The notes beneath the pieces are model-generated. The model had not been told where the DNA came from and did not search any database. It saw nothing but the letters and a program-made list of their open reading frames with translations. Below, one piece after another: positions 24,301-33,662 of a stretch of DNA of 64,000 nt. Location: assembly GCA_903813345.2 (NCBI GenBank), contig CAIIXF020000001.1, forward strand, positions 18,786,001 to 18,850,000, in the 5' to 3' direction. The DNA is from Owenia fusiformis (Eukaryota). Made by a program: the position numbers and the translations under genes. How positions within the stretch are numbered: the stretch's first letter is position 1; the number at the start of each line of letters is the position of its first letter.

Positions 24301-27300
24301 CAAAATGTTTAAATCATGGGAATGTATCAAGTATTCCAATCTGGTAAGAAATATATGAACATTGACATTTGTGATGCTAGAAGTTATTGTGTATAAGCTT
24401 ATATTTGCAATATTATCATGAATTGTTCAAGTTGTACTATATAATCCTCTCTTAACATAGCAACAGAATGAGGTCTGGAGAGCAAGGGTTATCTTGAACA
24501 GCGAAGCTGACTCTCCCTTGTTCAATATTTGACCTTTTACTCCCCTTTTCCTCAATTATCAATTATGTTACGCCAGCTTTTTTGACACATTTCATCAATT
24601 AAAAGTTTCCAAATGTTTTGACATAATTCCTGCTTGAGAAATATGATTACCTCCACCCCTCTGTCTCAGACTTACCTCAGCTGTGATTTTGATGACATTA
24701 TATTGTTCCCTTGCCTGCATATCTTCACACTGGTTGATACGCTCCTCTAAATTCTACAAATCAAGATTAATATCTGATGAGTTTGTTGTAATTCACATTT
24801 CATCTGCATTCGGTTTTCACTTTTTCAAACTTCGATGCTATTCACATAATTTTACATGAAAGGAAATACAATTATTTCGTAAGATTTTGTAAGATGCGAA
24901 ATTAGTAATTAAATAAAACATAAATATCAGTATAATTACTACAGTACACAGGGAGATATGCCGAGTACCAAAATAGTACTCATGGCATTTAGCACTAATT
25001 GAGTTACCAGTAGATATTAGTACTAAATGAGCACTTATGACATAAGTACTGATTTATTGCATTTTTAGTATTCATATGATAAGTGATAAAATAGCACTAA
25101 TTTTATTGATTTTTCATTACTCAATGAGTACTCATACATATGCCGAGTACTCAGTTAGTACAAAATAAGATGTAATACTACTAAATTAGCACCCCTGGCA
25201 CTTTTGCCAGAGTGTTAATTTAGTACTAATTTTGAACTAATTGAGTAATCGGCATATCTCCCTATGTATTTCTGTAACATTTTCTTGGAATTGGAGTTTA
25301 GAGTGGTACAACTGATTGGCTGGGAGCTTCGTTATATTTCCATCAAACATCATTATTAGTTGTAATTTATGCATGTAATTTATAAAACAAATGTATAACA
25401 AATCACATACCATACAAAGAAAGAATCAAATTTAAGTTCCATTGTCAGTCTCTCATCGAGAGCTGAACTCTTAGAAAATTAACTGACTATTGAGGACAAA
25501 AACCGGAAGAACTTATTTTGAGTTCAGCATTTGGAAGATGAGTACTTGCATGTAATATATTTTTGCTTACTTTAATAATATATTTTTGCTTACTTTAACC
25601 TGGTCTATGAGCAGCTGGAGGTAAGCATCTGTCTCAGCAAGTTTCTTGTCAAAGTCAGCAGGTGAAACTCCGAGAGACTTCTCCCATTTCTGGAATATCA
25701 CAATGAATAAAATACTTGTACAATGTACACATATCTAAGCATGACATTGCATGTCTATAATTCAGTTTCCTTAATTCAATTATGACCTGTAAATAATTTT
25801 CAATATAAGAAATGTTTGAAATGACTTTTAGTATTTCATTTAAGACACAACTCAAGTGACTAACTCCATAAGATGTATTTCTTTTATATATCTTGGAACA
25901 ATGGGCATATGTCAAGAAAAATTGGAATTCATATGAAGCTTATATTAGGATGACATCATTGCATCAAGCAATCATCTTGAAAGCCAAAAAGTTATATTCA
26001 ATCACTTTGTTATCTGAATGGCACTGAGTACTTTTAAGAGCACTTAGTGGAATCTTACAACAAGCAATATATGTACAATCTTACCATAAGAACCCTCTAT
26101 AGTTTAGATATACTCAATTAGATATCATACAAGGTAACATTTTATATGAAGGATATTGAATGTACATGAACTATGAAACAACATAAATAGCTTCATCAAA
26201 AGAGGTGGGATAGATAACTCAGGGTTCTTACAAATTTAACAATGCATTAACATGCACAATGTAACCACCTGCCATTTGCTACAGGCACCAACTGCCAGCA
26301 CCAACCATCAAACACCAACATCCAAACACCGACCACCATCCACAAAAAGTTGGAGACTATAACAACATGTCACCATTTCAGGTGGTAACATAAAAATGAA
26401 TTTCCCTGACTTTTCCTAGTCAGGAAATTTCATTAATCATTCTGATCTTCCCTGACTAAATGAATCATGTAGCTCATCACAGCACAATGTCAACCAAACC
26501 TAGCCGTACTACTGCTGAATTCCACAGAATTATAGCCATCGTAATTTATATGTAAGGAATGGATCATGGAAATCAAATGTGAATTCTGAGAGCCTTTGAT
26601 CCCCAAGCTAAGCTCGTTTGAGATCATAAAAAAGCTCAAATATCAAACAAGTTTTTTCGATAACAAATTAAATGGGTCAAGGTCAACATATTGTACAATG
26701 TATTGGATTTATGAATGAATCAATTCAATGCAGCATTCTGTAATTAAATAAATTGGTATAAATGACTCATCTACATGATCACTGTTATATTTTATAAAAT
26801 CTAGTACATTATGTATATACATGGACTTAACAGCCAACAAGCTAACAAGCATAACAAGCCTTAATTAGTATGAAATACCATGGGTATACTAAGATAGTCA
26901 TGCATGTTACTGGCAGGACGTGGGTTCAAACATGACACAAAGGTCCGTATGCTGCTCCTTCTGCGTCCACTTTTGCTTCTCTGTAATAAATATTATTAGC
27001 ATACAACAGTAAAACCTTTCAGTTGTAACTAGGGGTATCACAATATGACGATATGACCTACGATACTGACCTCACAATACTTTATGAACAATAAGATACA
27101 GTGTGAATCATAAAACTTTATTCAAATTTTTAACTCACAGCGCCATGAAAAATAATTTTCAAGACCAAATAAGCAGGCGATCTTTAATTTCAACAGTTTT
27201 ACATATCAAGAGTACACAAACAATGCCTGAGATTAAGAACTTTTTCTCTTGTTTATTTGATTGAATCTCCCCATACAATTGATACTGAGCTCAGATATAT

Positions 27301-30300
27301 ACCGAAAAGTAAGTTATTATAACTTCAGATCAAAACATTTGGTCATTTGTATATTTTTGACCTGAACAATGCTTCGAAAACTTGAAGTTATGTACTTTCA
27401 TTTTGAAAACAGATACGACTGATATTCACCAATCTTTACCATTGCAGTTCGTATCCGACGTGAATTGCTCGAGCAACCAAACGCTTGTGGTATCCCTAGT
27501 TGTGACAGCCTTTTAATATGAACAATTTGCTAATGAGGTCTCATTTTTCAAGTAAACATTTTGCTTATTTGGACAAATGTAAACATTTTTTAATATAAAC
27601 AAACTAAACATCTTATGTGATAGACTTAAAGTCTTAATCATGGACTCTGCAGATACTTCCCATGTTTCATAAACAATGAATTATTAAGTCTATTGTATAC
27701 CCCAATCACAGTAATTCTATTCTAAATTTCAATCAAAACATGCAGTGTCAAGTTTAATTCCTTGTCCAATCAAGGTAGACTACCACATATGGCATTTTTA
27801 AACAAGTCGCAGTTCCACATATTTACTAAAAACAAAACTTGGTTTATATAAGTCACACATCCAATATATCCACACTAAATAGGGATGTTCACCTACAATA
27901 GTATTCCAATACATAACCAATACACACATAGACAAGGCATTAACATGACAAAATGTCACCACCTTGAAAAGGTCATTAAATTTCAAATCTCAAATCTATA
28001 GTCAGATTTGAACTTTTGAGAACTTGTAGATGATTTTGAAGCAAGTTGAAAAAAGACCCTTTTGACCATTTTTGACCTTAAGAAGGTCATTGAAGGTGAA
28101 ATCTCAAATCTAAAGTCAGATTTGAACTTCTGAGAAAAAATTGGTCAAAATGGTCAATTTGAAGCAAGTTGAAAAAATACCCTTTTGACCTTTTTTATAC
28201 CCTTTTGACCTTAAGAAGGGCATTGAAGGTCAAATCTTAGAATTAGAATTTGTTACAACCACCTACTGCCGCCCGCCAATATTGCTAACCACCGTCACAC
28301 AAAAAATGGAGACCATAACAACAATATGACACCATTTTTTGTTGGTGACATAAAAACTAAATATGAATGAACAAGACACAACTATCTTTAATAATAAGAT
28401 GTCGCGGATAGCCGATTTCATTTGGATTTGCATAATATTAGCTCTTGGTTCAGAACTGATTAACCAGTTTTTAACCGATAACCAGAATTAATCTACACAT
28501 TCACTCTGTTCAGGACCTGAACCAAAATTGTTCCTTACTGAAGTCAAATGCCCCAAACCGAGCCGTTCCAGATATGACACCTCCAATATTTATAGAGACT
28601 ATACAATATACTGGTTTTACTGAGCATGAGTTATACACATAAACATATATACAGGGTGGGCCAAAATATCTCCATTTTCATTTTACTCTGAATAATAAAT
28701 CTTGGATTTAAAAAATATATTTGCTGGTGATTGCTAGAAAAACAGCAAATCTCACCAATAAAACATATTTTATCAAATCACCCATCAATTTGAACATATC
28801 AGAGATAAAAGCCAGACAGTTGTATTGTCTTAATTTGTACCAAATCCATATTTGGAATTATGAAATCTTGGAAATTCCTTGAAGCCCTTGAACCCGAGGC
28901 CCTTTGCATATAAGACATTGGCCAAAAATATATTAACCAAATACAATGCCCATATTAAGGTTATCAAAAATGACATATTTTCATAAAATGTGGCCATTTT
29001 GAATTAAAGGGTTACGTATACCTTCCCGTATAAATACAATATGGCGACTCCAGATGAGTCCACTAGATCAGTCTATTTAAGGGAGTTCGGTTTATTCCAG
29101 TTTATTCAAATTGTCTTCATGAAGATAAAACAATGCGTAGAAAAGTTTACAATCTGTAAATATTGAGAGGGTTGCCTTTTATACTAAATGGTGAGCAACA
29201 CCAAAAACGAGCGTTCGATTTGCTAAACGATATGCATTACCCTTTAAGTGGCCATATTATTCATCTTATTCATCATCATCAATGTTTCATCATATTCAAT
29301 ATATTGATTGTGTTTTAAAAAAACAGATATTCAACAACATTGTGGACTTGAGGATTATCATAGTCATTGGTCATCTTATAAATCCCAACTTAAGACAATT
29401 CTCAGTATTGTAAGAAAAACATACTTGCAAGAAAAACCATGGGCTTTCGAAGGCCCATGGAAAAACATACTGGTCATATAAAAGTACTGGTTTACCATTT
29501 ACTGGTATCACAAATCATGTTATTAATTCCCATATCATCATGACACTTAACTAATATACTGGATATGAACAGGCATATAATTGTTGTCATGCAAGTACTG
29601 TATATATAAAAAATTACTGTATAGCCAAGCCAATAGCCATGCCATTATTTCAAGGTCATGCCACTATACACTACAAGACAGATTTCCATTTGTTATGATT
29701 GACTTACACTTTTAGGATGTGCACGCTGACTAGAATGCTGGTGCTGTAAAAGTGTATAATATTTTGTTAAATTAAGCCTTTGCTGTAGGTATTTCGTTGG
29801 CAGGGAGTGTGCAAATGTCCCAACCATCTGGCTAAAAATAAGTCCTTATGAAACGAAGCATCATAACTAATTTAGAGCTTTTTAGGCGTTTTTGGTTTAA
29901 GATTCATTCTTTGCTGTGAAAAAATTGCAGAAGCATCTCCTTCAAGGAGATCTTCAGATCCAGTGCATCAACAAGCAATCCAGTTTTATCTTGATATATT
30001 GCATTTTGCTTGAGCATGTTGATGAAAGAATGTTATAATACAATGTGTAAAAGGAAACCAAAAAATATATTTACCTTCAAAGGTTGAGAGTGTCGAAGAA
30101 TGGCTTCTTCTAGAGCATCTATCCATTTCTCACGTTCATCAAAGTCGCGAGCTATAAATTAAAAAATATCATTTTAATATTTATCAATGACCAAGAGGCA
30201 TAATTTTATCAATCTTCCTAATGATTAAGTTTTTGATAATACAAGGGGAACAGCACCTCTTCTCCATCAGTGCTCAGACTTTCCTGAGAGAATGGGGAGG

Positions 30301-33245
30301 GGAAGTATATACTATATACAGGGTCTTCGAAACTCTAATACATTTTTTAAGGCTGACATTAATAATTTTAATTTTCATTGGACGGATTGTTTTGTCCATA
30401 CTCCAAGTCTAGTTTTGTCCATACTACCAAATCTAATTTTGTCCATACTACCAAGTCTAGTTTTATCCATACTACTAAGTCAGTTTTGTCCATAATACCA
30501 AGTCTAGTTTTGTCCATACTACCAAGTCTAGTTTGTCCAAACTACCAAGTCTAGTCTTGTCCATATTACCAAGTCTAGTTTTGTCCAGACTACCAAATCT
30601 AGTTTTGTCCATACTAACAAGTATAGTTTTGTCCATACTACCAAGTATAGTTTTGTCCATACTGCCCAGTCAAGTTGAAAAGGACCTTTTTGATCTTTTT
30701 TGCCTTTAGATGGTCATTGAAGGTCAAATCTAAAGTCAGATTTGAACTTCTGAGATAATTTTGAAAAAAATCTGGTCAATTTGAAGCAAGTTGAAATAAA
30801 AAATACCTTTTTGACCTTTTTTGACCTTGAGAAGGTCATTGAAGGTCAAATCTAAAGTCAGATTATTCATAATAAGGTCAGATTTGAACTTCCGAGAACT
30901 TGTAGATGATTTCGAAAAACATTGAAGTCAGTCGAAACAGTATTTGTTAAGCAGGCCCGTAGCCAGAATTTTCCAAGGGGGGGTTCGTTTTTCTAAAAAA
31001 TTCTAGGGGGGGTTCACTTTGGCAAATATGGCCAAAAATCGCTCCGAACCCCCCAAACCCCCCCCTGGCTACGGGCCTGTTAAGTGATTGGAAGCTGTAA
31101 GAATTTGTTACAAACGCCACCCAAAGGATGCCAACAGCCAACCGACATCACAACAAGCAGAGACCATAGCATGTTTTGGTGGTGACATAATAAATGGTGG
31201 ATTTATATGAGAATGATTTAAAGTACACATGTACCTTGGAAATGAAAGGTCTTCATATCAGCAGATGTCACTGTAAATGTGCTATCATCTTCATCATCAA
31301 TTCCTATAACAGCACCCTAAAATAACATACAAAATGCATGTGGTCAAAAACACCCCCTATGATGCATAATTCATCAGTGTACTCTGCTAGCTGGACTAGA
31401 GCAGGTGAGTGATACACACAGTTTAAATTGTAATACTGCTTAATTTTGAATGCAGTCAAAGATCAGCTATTTATTACAATTAAATTCATATTGCTTCATC
31501 AACATATACAGCATCTGACTCATGACTCATTATTACCTACTAGTAATTAGTTTAAGAAACAACAAACCTTTAGTTTGACACATCCCCGCCTGTCACCTCT
31601 CATCATGTTATTCTTTGACTAAAAAACATAAGAATCACAATCACACAATCTTCTGTGTATTTCCTATCATAAATAAAGTATGTTTAATATAAATACATTA
31701 CATATAATACTAACATTAACATTCAAACAAGACCCTTCTCCTTTAATGTTCATAAGAAATAATTGAATAAATGATTGCCTATTTTAACTGCAAAGCTAAA
31801 ACAGAAATTAATAGGTCTCATATTTTAAAAAAATTTGCTTTTCAGAAAAACAGGTCAAGTGAGAACTGGTAAGAAAGCAAACAATATTATATATTCAAAT
31901 ATGTCATTCTTGATAAAATATATTTATTACTTCATAATTGTATTACTAAAACAAACTGAACTAAAAGTTTTATTAAACATTATTTGTGATTACTTCATCA
32001 TGGGGCTACTTCGACCATGGGGTTATTTTGAAATAGCACCAATGATCGAAATAGCGACATGACAAAGTAACCCCATAGGTCGAAGTTTGACGCATTTCCC
32101 CAACAGAATGACCTGGCAAAGTGTTGATTGCTATTTATAGATCAATAAAGATTCTAGTTGACCTCACATATTAATGATAACTTTAGGTGTAAACTTGCAG
32201 TAAGCAGACCTCGGGAATTCTTCGCCATGGAAAGTCGAAAAAATGGCCAATCTAAAGATTGAAATGTATACCTCTGCAATTTGAGACACTACTAAACGCC
32301 CCCAAGACCAGGATAGGAACGAGATAAGATGAAATGATGTATCTAATTTGAAGTTTCAATAAGAAATCACATCAAACAAAAAAAATATACAAGATCATGT
32401 TTGATAAAACCTCTACAGCTCTATGAACTCTTCTCAAACTCCCATGCAGTGTCTCGGAATAGACACTGCGGCTGACAGATGAAGAAATCACCAAAATTCA
32501 GAGAAGATACATGTAGTCCTCCCCGTTTTCATCACAGATGTACTCAATTTTCACACAACTTATAAAATATATATTCTTCTACTTTCCCATATCATTATTT
32601 GGTCGAAATGTTTCGAAAATCATGAAATATGAATAGAAATATCCGCGCTAGAATTTAGAGTTAAAAGTTTTGTTGATAATGTTTCACCGCACATGTGTTT
32701 ATTTAATACGCGCAATCTAACCAATGAACTTGTCTAGATTTTACAATCACGTGAAACCAGCATGAGACAAGAACCAATCACGTCAGTTGTTTATTACGAA
32801 ATTGCCATGCTTACGATAAATGATCTGCCCGTGGCAGAGTTATGTTGAAGACTAGCACTGCACGGAGTTTGTACTCTTCTATTTCAAGGTTGAAAGTGTA
32901 TGAACTAAACTAACAGTATAGGATCTTAGGCTGATCATTTACAACAACTAAACACATATATTCTTACAAAGTATAGGATGTCTATAGTTGCTTATCTATA
33001 CTATATTGAATCAGTCACTCACTTTCAGTTTCACTGTCAAATAATTTTTATTTTTGAAAAAAGGGGGGTATTTTTTCTTTGAAACCATATTACAGCAATA
33101 CTAGGTAGACAAACACACAGAAACTCTACCGAATTTGAGAACATACCGTGTAGTATGACAGCTGCCCAGAATTTTGGTCCAGTACAAACCATCGGTACTG
33201 CCATCCCTTCATTACATTTGTCCACTTGCTTAGAGGACCTTCCAT
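6176..33245 (-). CDS. OSBPL9: Oxysterol-binding protein-related protein 9 (PH domain, FFAT motif, start of ORD); spliced, 3' end outside the window
   Basis: Exons 33245-33147, 31618-31568, 31316-31235, 30151-30075, 25689-25594, 24753-24676, 14241-14191, 13820-13727, 12701-12600, 11758-11587, 11393-11323, 11211-11182, 10928-10766, 6344-6176; all GT-AG with matching phases. Translation includes [59 protein letters not shown] and [12 protein letters not shown], recognisable as ORP9. Confidence 0.95.
6430..10522. mobile_element. Non-autonomous Academ-like DNA transposon with ~1 kb TIRs
   Basis: Termini tagtgctacggccaaggccatttgtgtcc / ggacacaaatggccttggccgtagcacta; ATT on both sides (6427-6429, 10523-10525). 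Arms align 6430-~8098 (minus the LTR insertion) against ~9476-10522; no transposase ORF inside. Confidence 0.8.
7321..7956. mobile_element. Probable solo LTR (636 bp)
   Basis: tgttacacg...cgcgtaaca ends, 5-bp TSD tgaat (7316-7320, 7957-7961), absent from the opposite Academ arm, AATAAA near 7628, internal ~22 bp repeats. Confidence 0.7.
10766..10928 (-). CDS. OSBPL9: OSBPL9 exon 13 (ORD lid region)
   Basis: [53 protein letters not shown]; phase 1 to 2. Confidence 0.95.
11182..11211 (-). CDS. OSBPL9: OSBPL9 exon 12 (30 nt microexon)
   Basis: [10 protein letters not shown]; ttcag acceptor, gtaagt donor, phase 1 to 1. Confidence 0.75.
11323..11393 (-). CDS. OSBPL9: OSBPL9 exon 11
   Basis: [23 protein letters not shown]; needed to bridge phase 2 to phase 1. 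Confidence 0.8.
11587..11758 (-). CDS. OSBPL9: OSBPL9 exon 10 (FFAT motif)
   Basis: [23 protein letters not shown]; gtaagt donor. Confidence 0.92.
12510..12585. repeat. 30 bp tandem repeat, ~2.5 copies
   Basis: tgactgcaatgttatagccttatatggtga repeated. Confidence 0.9.
12600..12701 (-). CDS. OSBPL9: OSBPL9 exon 9 (Ser-rich linker)
   Basis: [33 protein letters not shown]; pyrimidine tract plus cag, phase 1 to 1; little homology support. Confidence 0.65.
13727..13820 (-). CDS. OSBPL9: OSBPL9 exon 8
   Basis: [31 protein letters not shown]; needed to bridge phase 0 to 1. Confidence 0.75.
14191..14241 (-). CDS. OSBPL9: OSBPL9 exon 7
   Basis: [17 protein letters not shown], matching the vertebrate ORP9 segment SMVESIKHCIVLLQIAK as recalled. 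Confidence 0.92.
15041..15683 (-). mobile_element. 5'-truncated non-LTR retrotransposon (ORF2 C-terminus plus 3' UTR; RTE-X/L2-like)
   Basis: ORF 15279-15698 has [16 protein letters not shown]...[17 protein letters not shown], a LINE C-terminal CCHC region. AATAAA at 15059-15054 is followed by an (AT)n tail; it interrupts a macro-array unit. Confidence 0.85.
16162..16366. mobile_element. TA-flanked MITE
   Basis: ta-ctgtataagtggta ... taccacttatacag-ta. Confidence 0.75.
18522..18594 (-). pseudogene. tRNA-like sequence (anticodon TGC), probably a pseudo-tRNA or SINE-like head
   Basis: Minus strand gcccctttggctgattcagtagagcgtctgctttgcgagcggaaggtcctgggttcgattcccacattgggca: B box GGTTCGATTCC, intact anticodon arm, but two acceptor-stem mismatches and one T-stem mismatch. 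Confidence 0.65.
19566..20422 (+). mobile_element. Crypton-like non-autonomous element bounded by a 12-bp direct repeat
   Basis: aataagggttat at 19566-19577 and 20411-20422; palindrome at ~19588-19689; IR pair 19708-19730 / 20389-20411; partial inverted copies at ~60410-60624, 62210-62473 and 62670-62930. Confidence 0.65.
21569..22401. mobile_element. Foldback MITE with CAC...GTG ends and a 5-bp flanking duplication (Transib-like)
   Basis: cacaggctggtatcgaaa / tttcgataccagcctgtg; arms of ~410 bp pair almost to the centre; tttta on both sides; the homologous array unit near 16485 lacks it. Confidence 0.75.
23432..23797 (+). mobile_element. Crypton-like non-autonomous element
   Basis: Palindrome ~23444-23577; perfect 13-bp IR 23585-23597 / 23785-23797; ataat at both ends; empty site gcatataatgattcatac near 16817. 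Confidence 0.6.
24676..24753 (-). CDS. OSBPL9: OSBPL9 exon 6
   Basis: [26 protein letters not shown]; gtaagt donor, phase 0 to 0. Confidence 0.85.
24947..25266. mobile_element. CACTA/EnSpm-like MITE
   Basis: ta-cacagggagatatgccga ... tcggcatatctccctatg-ta; interior made of repeated agtact/agcact motifs. Confidence 0.7.
25594..25689 (-). CDS. OSBPL9: OSBPL9 exon 5
   Basis: [46 protein letters not shown] is conserved in ORP9. Confidence 0.92.
26879..26980 (-). CDS. OSBPL9: Candidate OSBPL9 cassette exon (34 aa)
   Basis: ttattacag acceptor, G|gtattt donor, open phase 0 to 0, GC-richer than flanks; [34 protein letters not shown]; no homology support. Confidence 0.45.
27030..27498. mobile_element. 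hAT-type MITE
   Basis: taggggtatcacaa / ttgtggtatcccta ends; 8-bp TSD gttgtaac / gttgtgac. Confidence 0.75.
27932..28354 (+). mobile_element. HINE family A, short copy
   Basis: Same 5' end, core repeats and 3' hairpin as the copies at 3604 and 56494. Confidence 0.8.
29008..29243. mobile_element. Kolobok-like MITE
   Basis: ttaa-agggttacgtata ... tatgcattaccct-ttaa. Confidence 0.55.
30075..30151 (-). CDS. OSBPL9: OSBPL9 exon 4 (PH C-terminal helix)
   Basis: [26 protein letters not shown]. Confidence 0.95.
30389..30663. repeat. 24 bp minisatellite, ~11 copies
   Basis: ttttgtccatactaccaagtctag repeated. Confidence 0.92.
30671..31190 (+). mobile_element. HINE family A, 5'-truncated copy with a MITE insertion
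   Basis: Core repeats and ggtggtgacat end. Confidence 0.7.
30952..31079. mobile_element. GC-rich MITE with 5-bp TSD (hAT5-like)
   Basis: caggcccgtagccag / ctggctacgggcctg; ttaag on both sides; other HINE-A copies have a single ttaag here. Confidence 0.85.
31235..31316 (-). CDS. OSBPL9: OSBPL9 exon 3 (PH)
   Basis: [27 protein letters not shown]. Confidence 0.95.
31568..31618 (-). CDS. OSBPL9: OSBPL9 exon 2 (PH)
   Basis: [17 protein letters not shown]. Confidence 0.93.
33147..33245 (-). CDS. OSBPL9: OSBPL9 exon 1 (PH)
   Basis: [33 protein letters not shown]; in-frame TAA four codons upstream of the ATG. Confidence 0.96.
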
Positions 33246-33614
33246 GATGGATGTTTACCTCGTCACGTGATAAAGTAGGTCATGACTTACCAAGTAGTAA
33301 TTTATACTTCAATTAGTGATATTGTAACTGACACTATGCTCTTTGGTAAATTTGTTATTTTATCAAGAAAGTGTATTTCTGCTTGACAGTTTGCTATTTC
33401 TTCTGCAAACAGTGTTTGTTGTTTTAAAGCTAATTAGACAGTACATATCTCAATGAAATTGTTATTGGGCGATTCATTTTAATTTGAACCAATCAAATTC
33501 GAGCACCGGTTTTAAAAACATCATGAAAATGTTTGAGCAGAAACTATGTGCTATTTTGTGGTCAGACATCAAGATATGAACTCTAAACTTATTAAATAAT
33601 GTGCCAAAATTAAC
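33246..33614. promoter_or_regulatory. Probable bidirectional promoter OSBPL9/DEPDC1
   Basis: 369 bp between divergent ATGs; GTCACGTGA 33262-33270, ATTGG 33464-33468, TTTGAA 33483-33488, CCAAT 33489-33493, TTTAAA 33511-33516. Confidence 0.65.
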
Positions 33615-33662
33615 ATGGATAAACCATCAACAGTTTTAGGCCCATATAGGGCAACACGTTTG
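33615..33662 (+). CDS. DEPDC1: DEPDC1 exon 1
   Basis: MDKPSTVLGPYRATRL, gtaagt donor. Confidence 0.93.

Larger units (their letters stand above)
14260..24600. repeat. Degenerate tandem macro-array of about 7 units filling OSBPL9 intron 6
   Basis: Core ccaatgagaaaaggatgtttccaaaatattt...ggataagcttacatttgcaaaccatatattttcatgaattgttc recurs at ~15787, 17845, 18755, 19359, 20984, 23050 and 24280 in the same orientation. Confidence 0.85.

Noticed and set aside
30389..30663. CRISPR-like array
   Set aside because: Head-to-tail 24-mers with no unique spacers, eukaryotic intron context, no cas genes.
32690..32790. CCAAT and CACGTG cluster as a separate promoter
   Set aside because: It lies in OSBPL9 intron 1 with no linked exon; could be an enhancer or TE interior and cannot be resolved.
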